Source: Felis catus (lineage: Eukaryota). From it: a stretch of DNA of 64,000 bases. Below are positions 36,291-47,910 of this stretch, one piece after another. Positions within the stretch are counted from its first letter, which is position 1. Every line of letters begins with the position of its first letter. The position numbers and the translations under genes were made by a program. The notes under the pieces are model-generated. The model ran no database searches. It saw only the letters and a program-made list of their open reading frames with translations, and was not told where the DNA came from. The stretch is taken from NCBI RefSeq assembly GCF_018350175.1, contig NC_058382.1, forward strand, positions 55,182,001-55,246,000, written 5' to 3'.

Positions 36291-36661
36291 AGGCAGCATG
36301 CTCCCCGCTACCCCCAGACTCATGTTTTATCGGCCAGGGGGCAGCAGCAAGAGAAATTTTGCAAACATCTCTGGCCAAAAAAGTCCCTGGGGGATGCAGG
36401 GGGCCCAGTTTGGGCCATGTGCTCATACCTGAAGCAGTCGTGGTCCCCCGGGGTGGGGCACCTTGGTCATTCCTAGGACCCTTGGGCCCCCTCTTTGGCT
36501 TGTCGTGGTAGTAGGCGAGGAAGGGCATATCAGCATCATCTGAAGCAGGAATGGGTCTATCCCAGGAAAGTTGCTTTTTTGACAAAAAAAAAAGGGGAGG
36601 AAGGGACCGGTTGAGTTTGTCTCGTGACAGTCCATGATCATCCTATGGTAGGCAGGGAGGT

Positions 36662-37082
36662 CTCCCTTGGGTCAGGTGGCCATCTGTGGGGGAAGCAGTC
36701 ACCCAGTGGGTCAGGTGGCCATCGATGAAGGGGATCACCCCTGGGTCAGGAAACCATCCTGTGTCTGGGGGGAGGGGTCACCCCTGGGTCAAGTGGCCAT
36801 CTGTGAGGGGGAGGGGTCGCCCCTGGGCCAGGTGGCCATCCTGTGTGTGAGGGGAAGGGTCACCCCTGGGCCAGGTGGCCATCCGTCGGGGGGAGGGGTC
36901 ACCCCTGGGCCAGGTGGCCATCTGTGGGGGGGAGGGGTCGCCCCTGGGCCAGGTGGCCATCCGTGAGGGGGAGGGATCACCCCTGGGCCAGGTGGCCATC
37001 CGTGGGGGGGAGGGGTCGCCCCTGGGCCAGGTGGCCATCCGTGAGGGGGAGGGGTCACCCCTGGGCCAGGTGGCCATCCTGG
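36662..37082. repeat. G-rich minisatellite (VNTR), ~11 units of ~39 bp, consensus GGGGTCACCCCTGGGCCAGGTGGCCATCCGTGAGGGGGA
   Basis: The caggtggccat core recurs at ~36673, 36712, (36747 degenerate), (36790 variant), 36829, 36872, 36911, 36950, 36989, 37028, 37067; exact 39-bp period in the 3' half. Confidence 0.95.
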
Positions 37083-37256
37083 CCCAATTTGTCCAGGAAT
37101 GGGTTGGAGTCCAGCAGCAGCAGGGATTATGGGGAGAATGGATTTCCTCTTATTTCTGCGTCTCTTGGTCTACAACAACTGTCCCTGTACTTAGTAGCTT
37201 CAACCAGCCAGGTTTTTACTTGCTCGCATGTAATCCCGCCGTCCAGGCAGGGCTGA

Positions 37257-37562
<306 letters not shown>

Positions 37563-37904
37563 TGACTGTGCCTGGCTTCCTCCCCGGGACGTCCTCCAGC
37601 AGCAGAATGCCCTCGTGTGTATTCCAGGGACATCGGGGTTTTGAATTCTCCCCTGCCTCTTTCTAGCTGTGTGCCTTTGGGCACGCTGCTCAACCTCTCT
37701 GAGCTGCAGTTGGCTCATCTGTGAAACGGAGAATGATCGCGTCTGCCCCAATGGGATGTTGTAAGCGTCTGTTAAGGACCTGCTTGGCTCATGCAGATTG
37801 CTGAAGGCAGGTTCTAGTTTTCATCCAACAGAGCCTGGTCTACACTGTTTACTCAGCTTAGCTGATCTGGAGGAAGGATCCTGAAATCTTACATCTCACA
37901 CATC

Positions 37905-37910
37905 TGTGCG

Positions 37911-37941
<31 letters not shown>

Positions 37942-37961
37942 ATGCACACGTACACTCACAC
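37905..37961. repeat. (CA)n microsatellite
   Basis: Directly visible. Confidence 0.9.
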
Positions 37962-38467
37962 ATGATCTGGAGGTGAGATTTCCAGCCATCCCTCTGAATC
38001 CACCAAAAAGCCCAAAGAGCCTCTGTGAGGCCAGAAGATAAGCTGTGGAAAAACTCGGCCCTTCACTCAGAGGCAGAAGCTTGTCCCCCCTTCAGACCCA
38101 GCCCCGGGACTTACTGACTTAGAGCTGTGTGTTCAACCACGACTGATGAGAGAGAAAGTAAAGCCCGCTAAAGGTAGACCAAGGCGAGGAGAAGACGAAA
38201 CCTGAGCACGGTCGGGGACACGTAAACGAGGGCAGAGCAGCTCTCGTTGGTTTGCACTGTCTGTCACGCACCTCTGAGCGTCCACTCTGCGCTGGTCTGA
38301 CCTAAATGCCCCTGGGACCGTGGAGATAATGGGACCCAGTCGCTGCCTTGCGGACGGGGGCTCACAGTGCACTGTGATGAGAGCTAGAGGCCGATCACCA
38401 TACCGTGTGCTGTAGCGGCACGGAGGGCCCCCTTCCAGGGAAGGCTTTGCAGAGGAGGGCCCTTTTA

Positions 38468-38709
38468 TTTCATTTTATTTCATTTTATTCATTTATTTAT
38501 TTTTTTAACGTTTATTTATTTTTGAGACAGAGAGAGGCAGAGCATGAACGGGGGAGGGTCAGAGAGAGAGGGAGACACAGAATCGGAAGCAGGCTCCAGG
38601 CTCCGAGCCGTCAGCCCAGAGCCCGACGCGGGGCTCGAACTCACGGACCGCGAGATCGTGACCTGAGCCGAAGTCGGACACTTAACCGACTGAGCCACCC
38701 AGGCGCCCC
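38468..38709 (-). mobile_element. Young Can-SINE (SINEC_Fc-like) with a 16-bp TSD
   Basis: CpGs largely intact; TSD gaggagggccctttta at 38452-38467 and 38713-38728. Confidence 0.95.
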
Positions 38710-39749
38710 TAGGAGGAGGGCCCTTTTAAACTGGGTTTTGAGGCATATGTAGGAGTTGGGAGGAAAGAGGGAGGCCAGCCCGGGGGGGAGGGTGGTGCGT
38801 GTGTGAGGAGCTGAAGGTGGGAAATAGCAAGCTGGATGTGGGAGATGGGGGGCGGACGTCTGACGGTTGGCGTGTGGTTGGTGCAGAGATGACGCAGCAG
38901 AGAGGGGCCTGGGCCCGTGAACTTCCAGTGTCGTGTCCACTTTGCTCTGCTGCAGGCTGAGGTCTGGTTCTTCTGGGTAGGGAGACCGTGAGTCCAGGGT
39001 GCCAGCTCTGGTGTCTGTTCCACTCTGGGGTCTCTCTTCCAGAGCTCTCCAGTTCAAGTCCAGTAGAGACGGAGTGACACCTGGATTCAGATCCCAGCTT
39101 CACGCTTACTGGCTCTGGGATGGGTCTCTCTGCCCTGTGAGCTTCATCTTTTCTTCCTGCACACGGGAAGGGTGAGAGCAGCCGCCTCAGCGTGCTCTCG
39201 TCCACGTGAACAGGGTAGCTGGTCCTTAAGGCATGTGTCATAACTCAGAGGCGTTTGCCTTGCTAGCTCCGTTTTACTGATGAGGAAATGAGGCACAGAG
39301 AGGCTGAGGAACCAGCCGAATGTCACACAGCCCTCAAGCGGTGCCGGAGGGACTTGTGGTCCCTCAGTGATGCCAAGCCCTTGCCTTCTCCCTGACCTTA
39401 TCTGGAAACGGGAAATGCTGAGGGCTGCTCTGGATTGGGGTGTGAATAATCCTAGACCCTGCACTTGATTCGTTAGCATAGGAGTAAAAGCTAAAACTCG
39501 TGGGGGGAGAAGGTGTCCCACTTGTCACCCCTGCTGTAGAAGGGTCGTCGCTGGCACGTGGCCTCATCTTGGACAGAAGGCAGGTCGTAGAGCCACGAAG
39601 GTGTGAAGGAGATGCCTTTCCCGTGCCCTCGTGCAAAACTAGAAACCAGCACTGGCTTCTCCCATCCCCGTGGGCTGTGTGGGGCTCGGTCTGTCTGTAG
39701 AGGTTTTCCCAGCGAGTAACAACATTTGCCTTCCTGTTCACCTGTCCAG

Positions 39750-39843
39750 CTGATTCTAAAGAAGACGCGACTAAGTGGCTCTCTGGCTTGAAAATCTTAC
39801 ACCAGGAAGCGATGAGTGCGTCTACGCCCACCATTATTGAGAG
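39750..39843 (+). CDS. PLCG2: PLCG2 coding exon (exon 4 equivalent): (A)[30 protein letters not shown](S)
   Basis: Acceptor cctgtccAG (39748-39749) and donor GTATTG (39844); 94 bp, phase 1-2; in frame with the previous exon; matches the end of the PLCG2 PH domain. Confidence 0.97.
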
Positions 39844-40597
39844 GTATTGACTTTGGCTTGTTTATCTCTGTATTTGCACGTTAATTTATTCTTTTCCCTT
39901 GAGCCAACGTGAGTGAAGAAAAGAAAAGTGGGGCGTTTCATCTTGGAGGCTCAGTGAGTGTCCTCTGTGCAGCAGCTCCCAGTAGGCGCTGTGGGCCCCC
40001 CACCTTCTCGTCGGAGAGCCTCTCTCGGTGCTAAGCCTTGCTTGGCCTGGTGGGGTGAGGAGTTCGTTGAAGCCGAGCCAGAGACACACGTTGGCGTTGT
40101 GTCCCAGGGGAGGATTGAGGGCCTCCTTCTTACAGGATCAGGAAGGGATTAAACCAGCTCACCAAACCGCAGTCAGATGCAGGGTACCGCATTTCGCAAC
40201 TGCCACTGCCTCCTGGATCGGGGAGGCTCAGGACTGCCTTGCCCGGGAGTCAGCGTCACGGACGTCTGCGTGGGATTGTGTGTGAATTCTCGTCCCCTCG
40301 GTTAAAGCCCTCGGATTCCCGCCATGTTTCTTACCAGCTTTTTGGGGGGATTAATGAACGTCATCAGAGAGGATCGTCAGTTTAAGGAATGCTGGCCTCT
40401 CGGCTCCACTAGGAGGGGCCTCTTGGCTCCTAACTAGGGCTTGTCAGCCCCAAGGAGAAACCTGCTTCTTCCCAAGCTGCCCGAGTTAGCAAATTGGAAA
40501 ACTCTTGTTTCCAGTTTCCTTTACCCCCATTCCATAGAACTAGTTTTGTTTGTGTACTAATTCTCTGTCTCTCCCTCTGTCTCAACTCTCTTCCTAG

Positions 40598-40645
40598 TTG
40601 GCTGAGAAAGCAGATTTATTCAGTGGATCAAACCAGAAGAAACAG
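40598..40645 (+). CDS. PLCG2: PLCG2 coding exon (exon 5 equivalent): (S)WLRKQIYSVDQTRRN(S)
   Basis: Long polypyrimidine tract then ttcctAG (40596-40597), donor GTGAGA (40646); 48 bp, phase 2-2; WLRKQ motif of PLC-gamma. Confidence 0.97.
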
Positions 40646-42349
40646 GTGAGATTCGTTCCTATTTTTGTGGGTTTTCTTCCAGATCATTTTGGCCTCTGGT
40701 GTTCTTGCCTTGAACATCCCGAGGCAGTCGGAGCATGTTTTGTGGTGTGGAAAGGTCCTCGTGAGGTTGGATTGGACCCTCGAGGTACCAGGCACCGCAC
40801 CAGGTGCTGGGCGTTGATGGAGACACGACCGTCTGGGGCCTTGCTTCCGTGGATGCTCAAGTCCGTCTGCACAGACAACTTCTCTGGAGCACTGGGACCT
40901 TGTGCTTGAGGCCTTCGTATTCCAGCACCTTCCGTGTCCCGGGGAGAAACGAGATCGCCGTGGCGCCTGCCCAATTTTGTGGTGGGACAGAGGTCCACCG
41001 TTAACGAAGTAACCCGTGTTGACTCGCGATGGTTACTCGGGCTGGGCGGACGTGAGCCGGGCAACGGGATAACACGCAATTCGTTGTGCTTGTTCACTGA
41101 ACAGCACGTCTCAGAGCAGTTCCCTCCCTGTTAGCACACATGATGCTGTGTGCCAGACGTTTCTGTAACAAACATGGTTTTGTCCTTGGCTGGGGCGCAA
41201 TTTCCTTACTCATGAGAAATCATTTCCTTCTTGATGGAGGCAGGACTGGTTCCTGGTCCTTTGTTATCTTTGTGACGACTGTTGCCGTGGCAACCTTGGG
41301 GTCTCCCTGTGGGTCAACGTGTGTGATAGAGTCTTAGAGGAGGGGTCCCAGCCATGCAGCGTTTTCTAGTCTACCATTTTGAGGGAGGTGGTAACAATTA
41401 GCATTTGTCCCAGCGGTCAGGAGGGCACCCCTTTCCCTGTGCCCTGTATCACCGGACTGACCCGTGATGACCTATGGGTGAAAGGCAACAGCAGATCTTT
41501 GCTTAAATTTGTATTTATTTATGAGTGAAGTTCAAGATGCTCTCATCTGTTTTTTTAGGTTATGATCCAGTTGTTATTAATAATAAACTGATAAAAACCA
41601 CCGTTTATTGAGCCCCCACATACTAGATACTGTGCTCGGCCCTTACAATTAATATATCATTTGAGCCTCACAAAAGCGGCTCTTTTTCTTAAAGTTTTAA
41701 GTGATTTTCCTTCCTTCTTTTCTCTGCTAAGGTATGTCAGCGTGGTATGCGAGGTCGCAGCTAGCCTCTCCAACTGTCCCGGGTGTCCCCTTTCCATCTC
41801 GCAGGTTCCTGGGGGTCAGGCCGCTGTCCTCCATCACCTGGTGATGTCAGAGTTCGGACGCGCCTCCTCCGTGGTTTGTTCCACGTACGCCGTCCGACGG
41901 GACGATGGAGAAACTGTAACCGGTGGTGGTGAAACGTTCAGCCATGTCGTTAGGTCTGCAGAAACACGCTCCGTGTTCTGCGCCCCCCTCCCTCGTCCAC
42001 CTGTCCAGCTGTCACCGTGTGGCACCCCACCCCGGGCTGTGCCCTGGTGTTAACGCAGGTGGATCTGGGGTGGGGGGTCCCCGCGTCAGAGGATTTTGTT
42101 CACACTGGTCTCTTTCAGCCTCCGAGGTGGGGCCTCCCTCGTGTTTCCTTTCTGTGTGGCTTCGAGGTGATTCATTGTTGGGCTTGGCACGGGGGTGACA
42201 GGTGGAGCCCCCCCGGGCCCTCTCTCCGTGCACGCCGGGTACAGGGTTGCTGCTTTGGTGTGGCAGTCCGCCTCTCCATCTTGTCAAGAAACAGAAGCCT
42301 CCCTCTGGCTGTGCTGCTCAGAATGCATTCCCGCTCAGAGGTCCGTCTT

Positions 42350-42870
42350 TCCATCGACCAGAACCTTCGGCAGAGAGGAAGTCGGTTTCTGGAGTTGACA
42401 CCCTGTTCCTGGCTTCACCGTTCACTCTCCCCGACTTTGCTCTCCTCGGGCAGAGCCCCGCCGCTCTGTCAACATGTGGAAAACGCCACCTTTCCTGTGG
42501 TTCTGGGAGGCCCGGGTGGAGTTTTTCCAGAGGAACCCCGACCGAGGTGCCAGCTGCAGGGCGACCGACTTCTCCTCTGCCAGTTTCCCCTCCCTTCCTG
42601 TCGCCCACGACCGGTGGCGTTTCCTGAAGGAAAACAAAGGAGTGGCAGAAGCCAAGGAAAGACCCCCGGGCGGGCGGCGGGCTCGAGGCTGCCCGGCCCA
42701 GGCAGTGCCCAGCTCCCCGGCACTCGTCTCGGCCAGCCTGCCTCGTTCACCGTCGAGCGCATCCAGAGGCAAAAGGGGTAGCAGCTGGCGTTTGTGGAGA
42801 ACCGGGCTTGCAGCGGCCAGGGTGCTCTTGGAGTTGCAGGGGCTTCTGGAATGTTCAGACTGCTGAGCTG
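42350..42870. promoter_or_regulatory. GC/CpG-enriched intronic segment, candidate enhancer or internal promoter
   Basis: Local CpG excess, GC-box run gggcgggcggcggg 42668-42681, AGAGGAAGT (PU.1/ETS) 42374-42382, several TTCC/GGAAAA sites. Motif evidence only. Confidence 0.35.
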
Positions 42871-43003
42871 GGTGCCTCGTGGTCCATTTCATGAGGACGC
42901 TGAGGCCAAGAGGAGTAACCTGACTCGTCTGCAGCAACCCAGCTTGCTGGGCGTGCCGCCAGGATGGGGGCTTCCCCATCACTGCTTGGTGGTGCTTTTC
43001 TTC

Positions 43004-43266
43004 TTATTTTCTTTAATGTATTATTATTATTTTTTTAATGTTTATTTATTTTTGAGACAGAGCACGAACGGGGGAGGGTCAGAGGGAGAGACACAGAATC
43101 CGAAACAGGCTCTGGGCTCAGAGCTGTCAGCACAGAGCCCGACGTGGGCCTCGAACTCACAGACCGTGAGATCATGACCTGAGCCGAAGTCGGACGCTCA
43201 ACCGACTGAGCCACCCAGGGGCCCCACTTCTTTTTTTTTTTTTTAAATGTTAATGTTTTATTTGTT

Positions 43267-43313
<47 letters not shown>

Positions 43314-45171
43314 AGGAGGGAGGGAGGGGCAGAGAGAGAGAGAGAGAGGGAGATACCAAAACTGAAACAGGCTCCAGGCTCCGAGCTGTCAGCACAGAGC
43401 ACGACACGGGGCTCGAACCCACGAACTGGGACATCATGACCTGAGCTGAAGTCGGACAGTTGACTGACTGAGCCACGCAGGTGCCCCATAAACTATTTAA
43501 TTTGATTGTGGTAAGATCTGCCATTTTAAGTGTATGCCTCTGTGAGATGAAGTACGATCGAGCTGTTGTGCATCCACCGCCATCCGGCTTCAGCGCTCTT
43601 TTCTCCTTATGGGACTGAAACTCCATCCCCGTGAACGGTACCTGCCCCTCTCCTCCGCCCCTGCCCTGATCACCTCTCTTCTCCGTCCTGTCTCCATGGA
43701 GTTTGACTGCTCTGGGCACCTCGTACATGTGGAATTAGGCAGTATTTGTCTTTCTGGCTTGTTACACTCAGGACATCTTCATGGTTCATCCATGTCCCTG
43801 TAGCAGGTGTCACAATTTCCTTCCTTTCTAAGGCTGCATAATATTCCGCGATAGGTGCAGACCACGTTTTGTTTGTCCGTGCATCTGTTGATGGACACTT
43901 TAATAGCCTTCCTCTTTTGGCTGTTGTGAGTATTGTTCCTTTGAACGTGAATGTTCATGCCCCTGTTTTCAGTTCCTGTGTACGTTTTCCAGAAGTGGAT
44001 TTGCGGAATCAAATGGTAGTCCTGTTCTAATCTTTTTTTTTTAAAGTTTATATATTTTTAAAATAATTTTTAATGCTTATTTACTTTTGAAAGAGAGAGA
44101 GAGAGAGAGAGACAGTGCATGAGTTGGGGAGGGGCCGAACGAGAGGGGACACAGAATCCGAAGCTGGCTTCAGGCTCTCAGCTGACAGCAGAGCCCCATG
44201 TGGGGCTCGAACCCACAAACAGCAAGATCATGACCTGAGCCGAAGTCAGGTGCTTAACTGACTGTACCACCCAGGCGCCCCTTAAGTTTATTTATTTTGA
44301 GAGAGACAGAGAGAGCACAGAGCCCAGTGCTGGGCTCGAACTCATGAAACTGTGAGGTCATGACTTGAGTTGAAATCAAGAGTCAGACACTTCACCCAAC
44401 TGAGCCACCCAGGCACCCCCCCCCCCATACTGTTCAAGTCTTAGACAAACTGCTTTACCGTTTCCCACGGCAGGTGCAGACTGACACAGCCACCAGCAGG
44501 GCACAAGGGCTGCAGTCTTTGCCACTTGCTTGTCAAGTTACTTTCCTCTTTCTCCCTTCCTCCCTTCCTCCCTCCTTCCATCCCTCCGTCCCTCCCTTCC
44601 TCCCTTCCTCCCTTCCTCCCTTCCTCCCTTCCTCCCTTCCTCCCTTCCTTCCTTCCTCCCTCCCTTTCTTTCAAATAACAGCCACTTTAGTGGGTGTGAA
44701 ATAGTAGCTCATTTTGGTTTTGCTTTGCATCTTCCTCATGACTAGGGATGTTGAGCATCTTTTCACATGCTTTTTAGTTTTGTCTGTCTTCTCTGGAGAA
44801 ATGTCTGTTCAGATCCTTTGCCCATTTCAAAAGTTCACCTCATGATTTTAGTCCTTCTTCAGCTTTCAAGCACTGACCCTGAGACACAATATTTTATTTT
44901 TCATGTTTATACTGTTATTTATATTACCTTTTGAAAAAGTGAATTTTTTATTTTTATTTTATTATTTTTTTTAATGTTTATTTACTTTAGAAAGAGAAAG
45001 AGCATGAGCAGGGGAGGGGCAGAGACAGAGAGGGAGACACAGAATCTGAAGCAGGCTCCAGGCTCTGAGCTGTCAGCACAGAGCCTGACACGAGGCTCAA
45101 ACCCGCAAACCGTGGGATTATGACCTGAGCTGAAGTTGGACGCTTAAATAACTGAGCCATGCTGGGGCCCC
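43004..45171 (-). mobile_element. Nested block: antisense L1 (L1MB-like, ~43490-44830) plus antisense Can-SINEs 43004-43225, 43228-43487, 44033-44281, 44283-44420, 44944-45171
   Basis: L1 motifs (ttccttcctttctaaggctgcataatattcc; gatgttgagcatcttttcacatgc; ttcagatcctttgcccattt) and SINEC heads. Confidence 0.88.
44543..44671. repeat. (CCTT/CCCT)n low-complexity pyrimidine repeat inside an old L1
   Basis: Directly visible tcccttcc arrays. Confidence 0.9.
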
Positions 45172-45439
45172 GAAAAAGTGATTTTTTAAAAAATTATTTA
45201 TAATTACCTTTGAAAAAGCGAATTTTCAAAAAAATATGAAAGTAACTCCTATTAGTTCTAGGAAACTTTATAAATACTGAAAACTAGAAAAAAAATGTAT
45301 AAATGGATATTAAATGGTAAGCACTGTTAACTCCAGCTATAAATTTTTTCAGTAGATTTTCATCTTCAGCTTCTTTTTACTTATTTATTTTACTTTATCA
45401 AAATCTAATTGCACGCACGATCTTAGGTCCTTTTCTTCT

Positions 45440-46075
45440 GTAATTTCTAAATTTTGGAATAATTTTACATTTAGAGGAAAGTTGCAAAGATCTTACAGGG
45501 AGTTCCCAAATCCTCCTCCCGCTTTCTCTAATGCTCACATCACGCCTCGTCATGATGTATTTGTCAAAACTGAGAAACCAGCATTGGTATGTGGCTCAGA
45601 ACTGAGCCCTGGACTTTATTTGGGGCTCAGTCTTTTCCCACTGACGTCCTTTTCCTGGTTCGAGATCCAGTCCAGGGGCCCGACGTGGCACTTCGTTGTC
45701 CTGTCCCTTGGTCTCCTCTGGTCCGTGACCATTTCTCAGTCTTTCCTGACCTTGACACTTCTGAGGAGCACATCTCAGGTATGTTGTAGTACAGCCCTTG
45801 GTTCGTGTTGGTCTGACCTTTCTGTCGTGATTAGGCTGGAGTGACAGGTAGGCTGCGGCTGCGGGTGTTGGGGAAGAGTATCACAGAGGTGAAGGTCTTG
45901 TTCATTCTTTCACATCGAGTAGCGTGTGCTCCCGGTGCGGCTCATCTGCGGCGATGCAATGCTTCATCACCTGGCCAAGGTGGTGTCGGAAGATTTCTCC
46001 TTTGTAAAGTCACCCCCAACCCTGTTCTTGGGGACGAAATCTCTTGAGTCCAGCCCACCCTGAAGGAGGGGAGAG
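45440..46075 (-). mobile_element. Old L1 (L1MC-type) fragment
   Basis: ttttggaataattttacatttagaggaaagttgcaaaga...tttgtcaaaactgagaaacc...cacagaggtgaag. Confidence 0.75.
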
Positions 46076-46733
46076 TGAAACTGACTTCACCTCGTGTTAA
46101 ACCGTAAGAACATACATGTTTCATTTCACCTCTTCAGGAACATGATGTCAGTGCCTATATTAGGAATCAACCAATGGAAAGGTGATATTTGGTTTGAAAA
46201 GTTGTCTTTTGTGTGTCATTTAAGTTATGTCCAGTTCTTCCTTAGGTTCACGTTTTCACCCAGTTGTCTTCAGAGTGAACCTATGACGTGACGCTTAAAA
46301 GAAGCATTTTTTGGGTCTCTGTAGGATTCTTAGCCTTGTGCCATGGCTCCCTAGTCCCCATCGGGTGGACGTGCTCCGCTTTTCTTGAGTCCTCCCTTCT
46401 AGTTGCTGCTCACGTTGGGTGGGGGCTCCTTGAGGTCAGAGGTCTGACTGGTTTGGTCTTCCTAGTGTTTGTTGGATGAAAGTTCTACCTTTTATTCCTA
46501 CACATAACATTGAGCAGATGGAACGTTCTAGCTTTGAAAGAGTTCCTTAAGACATTTCCAGGCCTGGGGACACTGAGTCAAAGGTGTTAGTGCTTTCACC
46601 ATAACTCTTGGCTAGATTTTTAGAGACCCAGCCCCACTCCATCTTTGAGCCTTTAGAGTTGAGTTGTCTCTTACCTGGGAATTCTGAGGTTGGTGCAAAA
46701 GGGGGAAATTTCTGTGGTCAAAATATACCTTGA

Positions 46734-46951
46734 GGGGTGCCTGGGTGGCTCAGTTGGTTAAGTGACCGACTTCGGCTCAGGTCATGATCGCACAGTTGGT
46801 GGGTTTGAACCCTGCATCAGGCTCTGTGCTGACAGCTCGGAGCCCGGAGCCTGCTTCTCATTCTGTGTCTCCCTCTCTCTCTGCCCCTCCCCAGCGCACA
46901 CACATGCATGCTTGCTCGCTGTTTCTCTCAAAGAGAAATTAACATTAAAAA
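46734..46951 (+). mobile_element. Can-SINE
   Basis: ggggtgcctgggtggctcagttggttaag head; TSD aaatataccttgag. Confidence 0.93.
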
Positions 46952-47319
46952 AAAATTTTTTTTTAAATATACCTTGAGAAGACCCGCTGAGCCTTCTTTG
47001 AGGGCCCCTGGAATTGTGTTACCAGGTGTGAGGGTCACAGGCTCTGAGTCCCACAGACAGATAGCAGCCTCAAGGGCTGGTAGCAGATTGTCGCCTGTGG
47101 ACATTTCTTTCCCTCCTTTGCCTTTTGCCCCTTGGTATATAACGTTGGATTTGCATAGGCTGAATGCTGCGCTTTATTCTTCACGCTGGCAGGGACAGAG
47201 GGCAGACTGTGTTCGGTCTTCAGGAGGCAGAAGGGGGCAGGGGTTGCAGGTGGGAGGCAGGTGTGTGGGTCCAGGTCTGTCCGTCAGCAGGCATGCAGAT
47301 AGCTACCATGCAGTTAACA

Positions 47320-47910
47320 TTGTGGCCCCAGCACATTGGGACCTCCTGGGGGAGCGGGGCGTTAGCCTTTGGTGTGCAGTCTCCCCTACACAGATTCTCC
47401 TTCACTGGGTCTGGCCTGGGGCTCAAGAATTTGCATTTCGAACAAACTCCCAGCTGACGTTGGTGCCGCTGGTCTAGGGACCCTACCTGGACAACCAAGC
47501 TTCTAGAGCTGCTCTGTCCAGTGTGTCGCCCCCTAGCTACATGTGGCTATTTAAATTAATTAAAATTAAATAAAAGTAAAATTTTAGTTCCTCGGTCATG
47601 CTAGCCACATTTCAGATGGTCAGTAGCCACCTGTGGGTAGCGGCTGCTACATTGCACAGCGCAGATCTAGAACGTTTCCATCATCATAGAAAGTTCTGTT
47701 GGGTGGTGGTGAGATTTGAATCTCTGCTTGGACACTTACTGGTTGTGTGAGTTTGGGTAAATTACTTAATTTCTCTGTGCCTTGGCTCTCTAATCTGTCT
47801 GTAGAAGAGAGAGAATAGTTCCTGGTGTGAGGTTTCAGTGGGTCAGTATGCGAAAAGCATTTAGGCGGTGCCTGACTTAGGTTGGGCACTGACATAGGCT
47901 TATTATTGTC
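47320..47910. mobile_element. Adjacent MER5A-like (47320-47497), MER3-like (47505-47700) and MIR (47710-47910) remnants
   Basis: aagaatttgcatttcgaacaaactcccagctga (MER5A); ctagccacatttcagatggtcagtagccacctgtgg...catcatagaaagttct (MER3); tgtgtgagtttgggtaaattacttaatttctctgtgcc (MIR). Confidence 0.7.

Noticed and set aside
36662..37082. Repeat array with a palindromic constant part and a slightly variable part, superficially CRISPR-like; also yields repetitive ORFs (MATWPRGDPSP..., GEGSPLGQVAI...)
   Set aside because: The variable parts are only ~11-15 bp and are variants of each other rather than unique spacers. The context is a mammalian intron with no cas genes. The ORFs simply reflect a 39-bp stop-free period.
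42017..42982. Long overlapping ORFs (254 aa +, 186 aa -)
   Set aside because: No recognisable domain; expected by chance in GC-rich, stop-poor sequence; lies in a PLCG2 intron.
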